NCBI GenBank assembly: GCA_053919585.1
Contig: CM132812.1
From: Euprymna scolopes
Taxonomy: Eukaryota
Direction: 5' to 3' (one strand)
DNA: 64,000 nucleotides
Positions 1-13,429 of the stretch are shown here, piece by piece. A program made the translations under genes and the position numbers. The notes below the pieces were generated by a model. The model had not been told where the DNA came from and did no database searches. It saw only the letters and a program-made list of their open reading frames with translations. Each line of letters begins with the position of its first letter. The first letter of the stretch is position 1.

Positions 1-1150
1 ACAGAGCGCACTTGCAGGAAAAAACAAACGGACTCTGCGATATTGTGTGCTTAACTAGGGGAGACTTTAAATATTGGCTTCGAGCCCTTGGTAATTCTCG
101 ACACAATAAATCAAAACTGCAGGCGTTGAAAGACACGAGATATCTTAATGTACAAGATAAATAGGAAGTCAGTACAAAGGCAAATCACATTAATTAGAAG
201 AAAAATTGCCGTAAGAAACGTAATAAAAATGATGATTTAACAAGAAAACTTTTAATTCTTTTAGAGGTGAATGTATGTGGGATATTCCTTTTTGGGCTTG
301 GCCACTTTACTGGAGAGGAGAAAGAAATAGCACAATTTCTCTCTCATAGTAAGGGATTCAGTATACGCAGTAAGATGGCGCAAGGAAGGGTATTTACTTA
401 TTTAAGGGTGATATTTTCTTACGTCTCTGTCGAGTTCGAAGTGTCCAAGCATGGAGATCCAAGTGAACTATTATGATAATAATTATCTTGCATTATTAGA
501 AGTCAACCATTAAAAGAAAAAGATTTAAGTAAACGAGCTTTGTTTTATGTCTAAAAATAAGTAAAATATGTAGAAAAGCTCTAATTAGTATAACAACCAC
601 GGGGAGAAATGGTCAGTTTGTAAAGAGGTAAAATGGGACCTCTTTTATACGATATAAAAGTATCTGGATTAAAAAATTGATATTGACCATAGGATGTTCT
701 ATCCTACACCCAAAAGTAAATAAGCTAGGGAGATCAGATGAAGATTTTAGTCTGAAATAATTAGGGGGTCAGTTAAAGACGAGTTGACCTAAACACTATT
801 TTTATGATGGTGGCTTATTCTTCTTAGCCAAGTGGGTTGTAAGGGGCTAAAGAGTTGTTAAAGTATAGATGATGAATAGAAAAACTGTATGGCATTTGAA
901 AATGCGTACATTTTTATTGAAAAGTGAAAAAGGAAAACAATGTAATATATGATGGGGGAAGATCCTAGTAGAGGCATGACGTAAATTACTTAGAAAATGA
1001 TTAAAAGAAAAGGCTAGAATTGAACCCAGTAATCAAAACTTTAAAGTGAATACATATTGCTATTAAGATGCGATCTCAGGAATTTAGTGAATTGCCATTC
1101 TATTAGAAATGAGTATAAAAAAGTTAGAAATAATAGGCAATGGATTGCAG
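1..1150 (-). mobile_element. Highly decayed Penelope-like RT remnant
   Basis: Ordered degenerate motifs on the - strand: PLIIS-like (~760), LYTN (~590), IMQDNY/SLGSPC (~450-500), KRNIP (~285). Confidence 0.42.
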
Positions 1151-3600
1151 ACTTTTCTTTGGGTGTAAAAGACGTGTGGAGATCGGTGTAATATATAGAA
1201 GAAGCTTCAGGTGGTTGACCATGTCTCTGACGTTACAAAGAAAGATAGATTAAATATATTCAGTTATAATGCTTCGAAATAAGAGTTCAGTCAGAGTCGA
1301 GTTATGACGTTGAATTCGGAGCAGTCAGATGAGGAGACCCGGTCGGAAGCGAATGAAAGGATGACAAGACAATGTAATTCTGCAATAGCAATCGAATTCC
1401 TGATCATCATCATTGCAACCATCTTGAATAAATGCCATGTAATTTGTAAATATTTTCTTGTCATAATTCAACCTGAAAAGTAATGTGGGTTTAGTTGTTT
1501 ATCTTTGTCTGCCCCCTCCTTAATAATGTTTCTTCGTCAGGGTGTGAAAAAACTGTCTTCTCTCGAATTTATATCCTTTCTACTACAGATAATCAACTCA
1601 ACAAGTAACTGTAACCTTCGTCAACGTTGCAGTGTCTCATCATCTGTTATATGAAGCCAATAATGTCTCCATTAATTACATACTATTACACCATGTTTGT
1701 GAATCCAGCACATTTGATAAACATGGGAATTTCAGTAGATTAACACATAAGAAGCTGCAACTTATCAACAACTACAATTTTGTATATATACGCAAATATA
1801 TCCGAAGATTATTCTCGCCCTGGACAGATAACCAAAAATGTTATCAACGTAAAATAATTGTAGTTGTTTCAATATGTTCATATGAAAAATGTTTATTTTA
1901 GTCGCTTTGAACTTTTAATTAAAATTAATAACAGTAAAAATATGTATATGAGATAAATATTTGGTGTATTTCCAATTTTAATTCATGGCATTTATAATTT
2001 AATCAAATATAATTTCGGGCATATGGCTCCGCGGCTCCTGCGTATAAGGCGTTATATAACAGTTCAATGTCCACAAACTCTACATCTTATATTTGGCAGC
2101 GTTGAATTTTGTCTTAGAAGTGTTTTATTGTGTCTGATTTATCAGTGAAAAATGAAACCCATCTAATAATGAAAATGGGGTAAAATCGCAAAAACGATAG
2201 GCCAGTTAGCAGGTCAGTTTCGCGAAATTATTCGTTCATCAAATTTTTCTTTCAGTAAATTGATCGTATCATTTGCAATTTGCAAAAGCTGCTATGGTTT
2301 CAGTCCATTTGTGACGAATTGCAAAACTAAGCTTAACATAAAATACCAAATATGAAATTTGCTAAAATTGAGATGTCAATTTAAAATTCCCCACATCTAA
2401 AAAATAAAATCATCGCACAAAATCACCTCAAATTACTTGCGAACATGAGTATAATAACATTGCAACAGTAGATGTTAAGTGAGGCATTGAAAGAGAGTTG
2501 TGTATATTTTCGATAGGAACTGTAGACCGTTTAAATAATTGTATTCACTTAATATTCATTTCTCATGTAATTTCGAAAACTCTCATAGACTGTGCATTTA
2601 ATTAATGTCTTCCTTCATAAATAATTCACAAAGAAAGTAAACCAGCGAACGATGTGTTTTACCAATACTTAATTAATAAGAATCATATATTAACCTGCAT
2701 ACATAATGCCGCTTTATCGATAATAAGTTAAGATATTGTAAGAATTTCTTCTCCCATAGAAAAGCTTCTGCAACATTAAACGTAACTGTTAAACTTTACA
2801 CATATTTCACATATAAGTAACCCGGTACACTTTTATTTTACGGCTTAACCACAGCTTGTAACTTGCCAACACGTGGTACTGTCTTTTATTTGAAGACAGT
2901 TTATTAAACATTAAACGTATAAATTGAGTTACCAGGAGGTTTACGCATTACTCGATTTGATTTGGCTGCTGTAAAAAATATAATAGAAAACCGATCGTAG
3001 CAAAATATTGCTCCAAAATTATTACTCCAAAATTTCACTTTCATTGTAAGAACACAGAGTAGGGGAAAAGAGGAGAAGGTATCTTGTATATGTTTAATTG
3101 TGACATATCTAACTATATATTTATATACTGTTCTTAAAACGTATTCATTGTCATCCCCTAGTGGGTTTTAATCAGAACAAATGACGATTCATCTATACAC
3201 TATATAGAGGATTAAACGATAAAATTGTCGTCATAGAAAAGAAGACATGATTCCATTTCCGTTTGATTAAAACCGACTTCATTTTTTTATGCAGACCATA
3301 TACTAGTTGGCCAACTGCGTACAAATTGCGAGAGTGATATGATCCTTCTATCATGTTTGAAAGTAGTACAATGTTCAACGAGCCAATTTCAAAAGTTAAA
3401 GAGCTAAGAAGACGGGGGCTGTATCATTTAAACGACCGACCTTACACGTACTGGAATTTACTTTTATAAACAACCACTACCATTTTCAATGCAGTTTAGC
3501 CAGGAATTCCATGATGCATCTATGCTTCTGATCTTCAATAGTATCAGACTAAAATTGTAGGAGGCATTATTTTTAGAAACGCCTCTCGTATGCTGATATT

Positions 3601-3604
<4 letters not shown>

Positions 3605-3652
<48 letters not shown>
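3605..3652. repeat. (TA)n microsatellite (one of many, e.g. ~5283, 19376, 24486, 36629, 43549, 54854, 63664)
   Basis: Direct observation. Confidence 0.95.
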
Positions 3653-3657
<5 letters not shown>

Positions 3658-3906
3658 GTTCGATTGTATTTACAAAATAAAATGAAACTAATGTTTTTTA
3701 CTTGTTTTCTTTATACCTATTTATTATATAAATATTGAGAAGCATGGCGTTGTAGACCTTCGCTGTACTTGTGTGGGTGGTACTCCTGTGTAGTTGCATG
3801 GTATGCTTAAGTAAGCTTTCTTTGGGAAGGGAAGTGTGCATCCTTCTCTTTACACATGAATAACCTCTTGATTATATTAAGCATATTATGAATAAAGAAA
3901 GGTGTC

Positions 3907-3946
<40 letters not shown>

Positions 3947-5278
3947 GTATATATATTTGTATATTTTCGCAGCAAGTCATTATTAAGCACGTCCGATTGA
4001 TAATGAGTTGTGATTTCCCCTATTTTGTTGGATAACTTTTCACTTCACCGAGCGGTCTTTTTTGCTTTTAACCATGCACAATTTTAATATGATGTGAACA
4101 AATATATTGTCTGCTTAATTCATGTCAGTTTCATACGAGACAAATATCCAATATTCGCCCTTTACTTTTCAAGTAGCAATATAATCAGTTTGCAATTAAA
4201 CTAAGAGAAAATATGCCCCATATTCTAATTCAGAAGAGTTAGTTTATTGCTAATCTCCTAAGGTTTCATTTATGAAAAATGGCTACGTGTTTGTACAGGT
4301 ATCTTTTTCAACGTCACAGAGGACCTCCTCTGGAGCGCATATTTTCCGACCTTAATGCCACATTTGTAGGGGTGGGAGAGAAATAAATACCTCCATTTGT
4401 TTCTGATTTAACAAATCTTACCTAGATGTAGTCCACTTATTCTCTCCTCCGAAATAACCTCTTAAGGAATTTACATAAAAATAAAATTTGGAAATCAAAG
4501 TACTTTACTGTGAACTTTTTATAATGTTTGGATGTTTCCTGTTTTTTTTTTTAATTTCTATCTTATAATATTTTTCTTTTTACTCACTTTTACACGGAGA
4601 GCAAAAAATACCAGCATTTGTTTCAGACTTGCAAGGTGGACTGGTCCCCGTCTTGTTCGTTTTTAATCGTAACACCAGCTTGCTATGAGAATACTCTACA
4701 TTTTCTCTTAATATAAAACATAAAGGAAAATAAAAAGAGTGAATTAAAAAAAAAATCGTGTGACGTACTTAACTTACTTCTTCGTGATCACCGCAATATT
4801 ACACATAATTATAAAAAATATAAATATGAAAAAACCTATCATTCCATTAATGTTGTTCCGCGATAGTATTATTTACAACCTACTTAATACTAATTTGTTT
4901 GCTTGTAAAAATAGGTAAAAGTTATAGGCCATTGATTTAGAAGAGTGCTTAATGCCACAGGTTTTTTTTTAGAAAAATGTGGGCTGATTATGTGTATTTA
5001 ATATTAATTGCTATTCATCCTTTTTAATTCTTAACTTTGAATCTAACAGATACTACAATACTTAATCAGCTACCTTAACGGTAAAACAGAGAAACAGAGA
5101 CAATATTAAAATAAAACCATGTATGACATTATAACATAAGTGAAAAAAGAAAAAAAACCTGCTGCTCCTTTCGAAAATTCTCAATGTTTCGTCCCAAATT
5201 TAGGGGACATGCTCATGAGATAATAATTGTTGATTAGAAAAAATAACATATATAGATGAGAGGAGAACCCTACGAAAA

Positions 5279-5336
<58 letters not shown>

Positions 5337-5800
5337 CATAATTCTTTGATGAATACAGAATTTAATTATTGAATCATGAAGGGAAGATTTTATAACTCAT
5401 GATTAAGAGTAAAGGGCGTTTTAAAAAAAAGAAAAAAAGGGCTAAGCAGAGGAACGAAACATATAAGGGGGGTTGCTGACCGGTGTCGCCCTCGCCTTCT
5501 GAACGCTGTATCGAGTGGTTTAAAAAAAATTAAGGCGAAAAATAAAATTACGTAGCATTCCTTTCTTGGTGAAAAAAAAGTGAGAAATTGATTAAAATGA
5601 AACAGCGTTTTTTTATATTTTCCTTCTGTATATCATCGTATGGCTCAAACCTAAAATAGATTCCCTCCGTTTGCAAGGAGCCGGCCTTCTAAACCAAATA
5701 TAAACGATCTCCAACATCTTTAAATGGAATATTGAGTGAGCATGATTAATAATTGAAAATGAGGTCGTGCTGAAATTCGCTGCACATGATGGGGTTGTTG

Positions 5801-5842
<42 letters not shown>

Positions 5843-5845
<3 letters not shown>

Positions 5846-7283
5846 CAAGGAACATATATCTAAAATTTCAAGTGTTTAGACCCCAAATTGTCGGAGGAGT
5901 TTGGTAGAGTTCTCAAAGGTCAAATCGTTGAACTTTAACCCCTTAACAGCCACATTTTCGGCCGAACACGGAGCAGATAGATTTTTCCAAATCTCAGTAC
6001 CATGTATATTAAATTTCAAGTCTGTAGACTAAAAATTAACAGAGTTATTGCGTAGGGAAATGTACACATTCAGACACACAGATACATAGACACATTCACT
6101 TTTATAGATGTACTAGCATTTCAGCCCGGCGGTGCTCGGGTGTTTTGAGGTGTATGCTGAGCAAATAAAAAAAAAAGGGTAATTTTTTTTAAAATTGGAC
6201 CCCTATTATGACCCCTTAAAATTTATTGTTTTGGACTCAACTAAAGTTATTAAGTAAGCTTCATGTCGAAGGAACCTATATCTGAAATTTCAAGTGTTTA
6301 GACCCCAAATTCTCGGAGGACTTTGGTAGTTCTCAAAGGTGAAATCGTTGAACTTTAACCCCTTAACAGACAAATGTCTGGCCGAAAACGGAGCAGATAG
6401 ATTTTTCCAAATCTCAGTACCCTGTATATCAAATTTGGAATGTGTAGACTAAAAAGACAGAGTTATTGAGTAGGGAAATGTACACACACAGACACACAGA
6501 TACACAGATTCACAGACAGACAGACACTTTCACTTTTATAGATATATAGACTAGCGTGGGTGCCCGGCCTTTCCCGGGTGTTTGGAGGTGTATGCTGAGC
6601 AAAATAAAACAAAAAAAAACAGTCAATTTGTTTTTTAATTTAACCCCTAGTATGACCCCTTCACATTCATTGTTTTGGGCTCAAACGAAGTTATTAAGTT
6701 AGATCCATGTCCAAGGAACCTATATCTAGAATTTCAAGTATTTAGACCCCAAATTCTTGGAGGAGTTTGGTAGAGTTCTCAAATGACAAATCGTTGAACT
6801 TTGAACAAATCTTGTAACTTTGACCCCTTAAAAGACAAATTTTCTGCCCGAACATCGATCACATAGATTTTCCCAAATCTCAGTACCCTGTATATCAAAT
6901 TTCGAGTCTGTAGACTAGAGTTATTGCGTAAGGAAATGTATATACACAGAAACACAGACACACAGACACGCTCACTTTTCTAGATATACTAGCATTTCAG
7001 CCCGGTGTTGCCCGGGTATTTGGAGGTACATTCTGAGCAAAAAAAAAAAAAAAACAAACATAAAAATGATATTTTTTTTAAATTCAACCCCATATTATGA
7101 CCCCTTAACATTTATGGTTTTGGGCTCAAACAAAGTTATTAAGTTAGATCCATGTCCAAGGAACCTATATCTAAAATTTTAAGGGTGTACATCCCAAATT
7201 GTTGTAGGAGTTTCGTAGAGTTCTCAAAGGTCAAATCGTTGAACTTTGACCCCTTAACAGCCAAATTACTGGCCGAAAACGGG
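5843..7283 (-). mobile_element. Head-to-tail array of ~4 non-autonomous Helitrons (~437-bp units)
   Basis: Units start on the + strand at CTAG 6113, 6551 and 6989. On the - strand each has a 5' TC/TATA-rich start with a (GTCT/GT)n microsatellite, a GC hairpin (e.g. CCCGGGCAACACCGGG) and a 3' CTAG. The first and last units are truncated. Confidence 0.82.
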
Positions 7284-8289
7284 TAAGCACACCGTTAGCA
7301 TTCACTACTCAGCTAAGCGTACATATTATACTTGACTAGACACGACCAGTACTTGCTTAAAAGCGACTCGCTTTTTATTTAAATATTTTTGGAGAAAGCC
7401 ATGCAAATCACAATTCATGTAATTCATTTAAAAGCGACGAATTTATTTAAAATAAAAGACAATAGTTTTGCATTTTCCACTCCTCATTCAAAGTTGGTTA
7501 CTTTTTCATGAAAATCGACAGAATCACTCTTTATATTCACTAATCAAAAGCCAAGACTTTCTTGAAAAGCCAGCCGAATCACATTTTTAGTTCGTAAATT
7601 TAAATTGACGACTTTTTTCAGATAACACAAGCGAATCGCATTTTTATTTTTTCATGTATAAGTGCCGACGTTTTCAAGAAATTTCAACCGAATCGATTTT
7701 TTAATTCTTTATGTAAACGAGCCGACATTTCTGATGAATCGCTTTTTAAATTCTGTATTTAAAAGCGACGACTTGTTTTTAGAAACAAACCGAATCTGTT
7801 TACTAACTAAGGGGTTTTAAGAAATATTTTAACCAAGGATGTAACTGTTATTTTATGGACGAATGCATTATTTTACGCCGACTTATATTTTGACATTTAA
7901 GGGATAAACGTGTTGTTTCTCCGTATGTGAATTTGTGTGTGTTGTGTGTGTACTTATGTGCGCAGAGAAAATTGGACTGGACACATAAAATAGAGAAAAG
8001 TAGAGAGATATCGGCACAACGGTGGAAGCTTAAAATATAAATAGAAGTTTAAATAAAAATATTTTACACTTTTCGGCGTTTAGTAATGTGTCTCATTACC
8101 TGTCTAAGACCAACAGCTGATTCCTCAATCTAGTTTATTGTTTATACAAACCACAATTATGTTTACATTTATTTTCTATTTTAACATTCCTTTTGGAATA
8201 TTGTTTCAATCATTTTTCCCAATTTAATTGTTTATTTTTCTAATCATAATAATTTATCCAGCGACCCGCCGTCGCTCGAATCAATTAAC

Positions 8290-8341
<52 letters not shown>

Positions 8342-8526
8342 TTTTCACCTTTGACCCTGCTTGCCACAGTTAACACAGATACTACGCTATGATCACAACT
8401 GAAAGAGTCACAACATTACAACGCCAAGTAGCCCTGTTAGCTTTAATATAAAACATATTAATCTTCCGTGTCAAATTTTAAGAAACTATGCATGTTCAAA
8501 CTGCAAATAATAGTGAATATGAAAAG

Positions 8527-8835
8527 TTAACAGTAGCGTCCGCACGACCACTTTTCATCAGAGAAGATCGATATTCCCCGAGATGCATCAGAATGCACCA
8601 TTTGCATTAATGCCTGATGTAAATGTTGATAGAACCGCCTGAGGTGTGGTAATCGATAAGTGTCTAATGAACATGGATTTTCTGCATTAACCGTCGTGTT
8701 CTCTGGGAAAACTCGCAAATGTTGTCGGCGAAGAGGAGGAGGAGGATTTGTAGGCTGACAAATTCTTGGGGTGTACACACGCGAATATATAACTGGCCAT
8801 TTGAGACTTAGCTTAGCACAAATATCAGATAACAT
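8527..8835 (-). CDS. Candidate host coding exon or small ORF (102 aa), product unrecognised
   Basis: Visibly more GC-rich than its flanks, protein-like complexity and no TE motif recognised. Possible acceptor TTTTCCCAG at ~8703 upstream of ...ENPCSLDTYRLPHLRRFYQHL...KWSCGRYC*. Confidence 0.33.
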   Translation of the reverse strand: MLSDICAKLSLKWPVIYSRVYTPRICQPTNPPPPLRRQHLRVFPENTTVNAENPCSLDTYRLPHLRRFYQHLHQALMQMVHSDASRGISIFSDEKWSCGRYC

Positions 8836-9104
8836 GGTATAAGATGTAAGTGTAAATCGTTTTATGCGAAATAGACTTTATTTAAGTTGTTTCGATGTTT
8901 CGCTATGCTGTATACATAACTAGAGTATTCAGTATTTAACTAAAGTCCGCTTTTCTATCAATAGACAATATTACGAATGTCCAAGGAAATTGTCAGACAG
9001 TGGTACAAATGAATAAGGAAATACTAACAGCCGGAGAAAATTCAAGAGAAAGAATAAAGAAATATAATGACAAAAAGCTAAAAGAAATCAGGTAGTATAT
9101 TATT

Positions 9105-9560
9105 TTATTTATTTATTTTTATTTTGCGGACTGTTATCCTTATCCTTTATAGTTGTTGTTTTAACGATGTTTCGGCCAAGTATTTCTCTAGAATTTGTCT
9201 GGTTTTCAACCGCGACGGAATAGAAATGGTGAGGCGTCAACTGATATGTTCAGTAAATTTTGCCTTCCATAGTTGCAGTCGTCTCACCACGTTTTGGCTA
9301 ACTAATTCTCTGGCTGGATTGAAATCGCTACTTACCGACAATGTTCACGTAGAACTGTAAATATTCAACGTCTCTATCCATTGCGCCACGAACAACTATG
9401 GAAGGTAGTAATTACTGAAAATACAGTTGAAGATTCAGCATTCCTATCCCGTCACGGTTGACAACCTGACGAAGGTAAGAGGAATATTTGGTCGAAATGT
9501 CGTTGAACAACAAGTATAAAAGATGAGAATAAAAGATCGCAAATAAATAAAATAAAATAT
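9105..9560. mobile_element. Two inverted copies of a short hammerhead-bearing non-autonomous (PLE-derived or retrozyme-like) repeat
   Basis: 9105-9230 aligns with the reverse complement of ~9440-9560. The right copy has CAAC-CTGACGA-AGGTAAGAGGAATATTTGGTC-GAAAT-GTC-GTTG (9462-9505). Inner segments GCCTTCCATAGTTG and CAACTATGGAAGG are also inverted. Confidence 0.7.
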
Positions 9561-9719
9561 ACAAATTACTCGTCTCAAAATAATTCCAATAATTAAATAT
9601 AATATGTAGTCTGTTATGTTTTCAATAAGCAGCAAACAATAAATCAAATATATAATAATCATAATCACCTTGACCTCCATCTGGTGGCAGTAAAATGAAT
9701 GACATGTTCTGGCCTGGGG

Positions 9720-10403
9720 AAGCACTAGGCTTTGACAAGCTTTTTGGGCTGACCTTTACTCCTGATCTGAAATGGAACACGTACATCAAATTTTCTACCA
9801 AGATCGCTAGAAAGTTATTAGATCATTCTACCACTCCATTAAGTATTAGACTCTCGATGCAATCTTATATCTCTATAACGAATAAATACGTCCTAAAATA
9901 GAGCACTTTTGTCACATCTGGAAAAGAGCTTTTTGGCAACCCTATACTACCTAGATAGAGTTCAGAACCGACTTAAAAACATAGTAATTAATGACTTTTC
10001 TCTTTTTTGCAACCTTGTTTCCCACAGAAGAAACGTTGCGGGCCTGTTCCTACTATCATTTTCATAGCAATTCCTTATCTGAACTCGAAGCCATGCCACC
10101 CACTAGCAACACCACTCTATATTTGTGTCTGAATCTAAACACATATTCCATGAACAAAGATGTTTTTCTAGAACGGTCCGTACCTGGAACACTGTTACAA
10201 CGGCCTGCTTCTCGGCCTCTATCAATATGGAAGCTTTCAATTCAATGGAAACAGGTGTTCTAGTTGAGTAGCCCCCTTTAAAAATCAAAATCTTACCGAA
10301 TCTACAGCATTAACGATTACTAAACTATCACCTTACATTCATTAACACTTATTCTTGAGTGGTCTACGAGCCTTGATATGCGGTGACTCCCTTGTAAAAA
10401 AAA
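9720..10403 (+). mobile_element. 5'-truncated APE-type LINE (CR1/Jockey group-like) 3' end with poly(A)
   Basis: LFGLTFTPDLKWNTYI, LDRVQNRL and a 3' tail CTTGAGTGG...GCCTTG...TTGTAAAAAAAA. Confidence 0.7.
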
Positions 10404-10603
10404 CTATCTATTGTATGCATGAATGCATGGGTGATTATGCGTAATCTTGTTATTCTATCTATCCGTTCTATTCCCTGGGTCGCATTTCATGAGCGAACAA
10501 TTTGTCTATTCTGTTTAACTAAATCTTTTAAATCTTTTAATGCAGGAAATACAAAAGGGAGACGTTCACTAAGTTTCATCAAAATTTCATCTGAAAAAAT
10601 ATG

Positions 10604-11118
10604 TGTAACATAGCGCGTATGGCGCGCGTGTGAGAAAATTTACAGCAGCTTTAGGATAGTTGACTATTGAAAATATTAGGAGCAGCAATCGTCGGATCAT
10701 ATATGCAAATAAGGCAAGCGTGCACGCGATGAAGTCATAGGAAACAGCAGAAAAAAGAAGAGAATATTGTCGAGCAAAGAATCAAAGTGTGTAACAAGGG
10801 GAAAATGGACGTCTTAAATCGAGAGCGAGAAAGCATTGACTATGTCCAGCGTCAGGTGGCGAGGAGAGAGACTTTTAAAAAGCATATGTTTTATGGCAGA
10901 AGTTGTAAAACATGTATGTATGTGTGTGTAAAAAGACTTATGAACGATAATGAAATGTGTTATTGTTGGACGAACCACGAATAAATGTTTTTCATTTGCA
11001 CATTTAAAAATGCTGGGTTGTATTTTCTTATATCCTTCTTTGTTTGTTTGATCCTGTCCCGCTACCAGGCAACGCGTGAATTCGAGTAGGCGAGATGTAA
11101 TAAATCGGTATAGTTACA
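10604..11118. mobile_element. Probable solo LTR (diverged homolog at ~56580-56920)
   Basis: TGTAAC...GTTACA inverted termini, internal AATAAA and near-matching flanks TATG/AATG. Shares blocks AGCGCGTATGG, ATGCAAAT..GCAAG, GTCGAGC and AGGTGGCGA with 56580-56850. Confidence 0.58.
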
Positions 11119-12001
11119 AATGGACTTGAGAGAGAGAGAGAGAGAGGGGGGGACAATTCTTGTCATAATACTTTTTTTTTAATTAAACTAAATGAGTGAC
11201 ACAGCGGGACCTTTCTTGTTTCGTACTTGAAACGTGAGGTCATTCGTCATATCCACTCTCCGACACAGGTGCGTCTTGATCTCCTATAATTCACCTGCGC
11301 AATATTTTACATTATTAACTTATCAATTACAATCAAATTTTTTCAGCCTTAATGATTTTAGCGTTTGGGTACACCTTGCTCTGTATGTAAGTGCTACTTA
11401 CTTTTCCATCAATTTCATTGGCTGTTCGCTTGTAATATTTTTTTTCGTTATTGCCTCTTTAATTGTGCCAAACGGCTGGTTAATCAATTTTGTTTCAGTA
11501 AACATACTGTCCTTACCCAATGCATTCAATAACCACAAAACCATATTTTATGATGACACACACACTGAAACGGGATCTTAATTACAACCTGGCTATCTTG
11601 TTTACGCAGATACAAGTAATTTACTTACATTTTTAACCTTGTGTTAGTCCCATGAGGTATTTTGCCACTTTAATTTTGTTTAAGTGCTCATAATTCCTGG
11701 TTGACATGTTATTTCTTTTCCTCCGCCCAAGTCCGCTCCTAGCTCAGTGAGGACATAGCACACGTGGTATGGCGCAGTTGTATCTCAGTTTTCCTTGAAG
11801 GTGAATCAGATTGAAAGGATATGTTTGTGTAAGGAACTCATATTCATTTTTACTTGCTATTTAAATTTATGGAAATATTTTATGTTTACATTTAAAAGCG
11901 CACATTCATTTTTCTTGATATTTAAGTTCATGGAAATATTCTGTGGTCAGCGTAGATATTAAACAATAACACAACCTAGTGTATCCTGTGAGTATTTTTT
12001 T

Positions 12002-12702
12002 AAAACAAGTGAAGCATGCATGGTCCCCGTGAGTCCTCAGTGAACGAGAAAAAGAAAATATTAAGGTAAGCATCCCCCACATTTAGCCCCAAAATCCGCA
12101 GAGGACACAAAATCCTAGTGAAAATGAATAAACGTTGAAGAATAAGGTCTTAAAATATGTAAATTTGAGTTCTGCAACATGCAAAAAAAGAAATGATTAC
12201 GTCCAGCATTTTCCACCCCAACGTCTTAACATTTTTAAATTTGAGTTCAGTACCATTCAAAACTGCATAATAGACACACACAAACATTTGGACAAGTATG
12301 GAAAAAAGTTCCCAAAACAGAGGGTTTTTATTAGCCCTAAAAGAGCCGATTCGGCACAGCCAAGAGTTATCGCGGAGTATAAATAAACAAAATCATATAT
12401 AAATCAGTTAGTTACAAATTTTTAGAAAGTTTTATGAAAGTCCAAAGCAACAATTTTTTAAGAAACCCAAAAGTGTAAATGTTTAGCCATTTTAACCCGA
12501 AAGGCACCCCTAGAGGGGCTACCGGAGTTTTTTTTCCGGAAAATCTATTTTGTTATTTTTTTTACTAATATCATGTTTAAGGTCCTTAAAAAATTTCCAA
12601 AAAAATTCAAGTCGTAGTTATCGAGAAAATTTGGAAAGACGAACGGACGAACAGACAAGGGTAAATTTACAGGTCCACCCTCCTTTTTTTCAAGGGACCA
12701 AT
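12002..12702 (+). mobile_element. Helentron-associated (HINE/DINE-1-like) non-autonomous element
   Basis: Begins with AAAACAAG after a T-run, has a GACG/GACA short-repeat tract near the end, and ends with a GGTCC...GGACC hairpin. Confidence 0.5.
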
Positions 12703-13429
12703 TATTATTGTCTAAATCTAAGATTTTACAATGGTTCCTTAGTTTTATAATTTATTTTATTATATTATTTCTATTGGTATCAACAAGCTACAAGTGATGT
12801 AAACTGTTCAACAGGGGCTGTAACTATATCCTCAACCAACAGGATAACTATATTTTACAAATTAATTACACTACAAACATTTTTTATTTGGGCTTATAAA
12901 CACCTCATTGGGCTTACTATGTTTGTAACAACCAGGTGACCCACGCAGGATTAAAGGTATGATGTTATTTACATTGGAGAAATCTTGAGGACAAAGAAAT
13001 TTTAAAACATAAATTTAGGACGGTAGAGGCATACACAGCCGTGAAAATAGATAAAAAAACAACTTTTTTTGAAATTTTAGAATATACCAAGTTTTGTATT
13101 TATATTTAACATTATACAAAAACATCTCATGTTTTATTTATTTTAAAAGTTATTTTTAATAATACGCACGGTATTTAAAAAAAAACGTCTGCACCTTCAC
13201 CTAAAATGTTTTTCAAAAGATATCGTAAACGCACAAGATCACAACTAACTTTTTATTCTATAAAGTTAACTTAAAATAAAACATTAGAAGCGTCATCGCG
13301 ATCATCACCATCATCGTCATCATCATCATGATTAATATATTCATTAGTATCATCATTGCTACTATTATAGCCCTCCCCTGGTGGGACATTCATGAAAAAC
13401 ATTCATCCAGCAGAAACCAATGGTAATAA

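Noticed and set aside
1520-1545. CTGACGA-A-GAAAC on the - strand
   Set aside because: Stem II is absent and there is no stem I pairing, so it cannot be distinguished from chance.
7288-8013. CACCGTT...AACGGTG as Transib-like TIRs
   Set aside because: Only 7 bp match and there is no 5-bp TSD. It is probably a repeat but cannot be classified.
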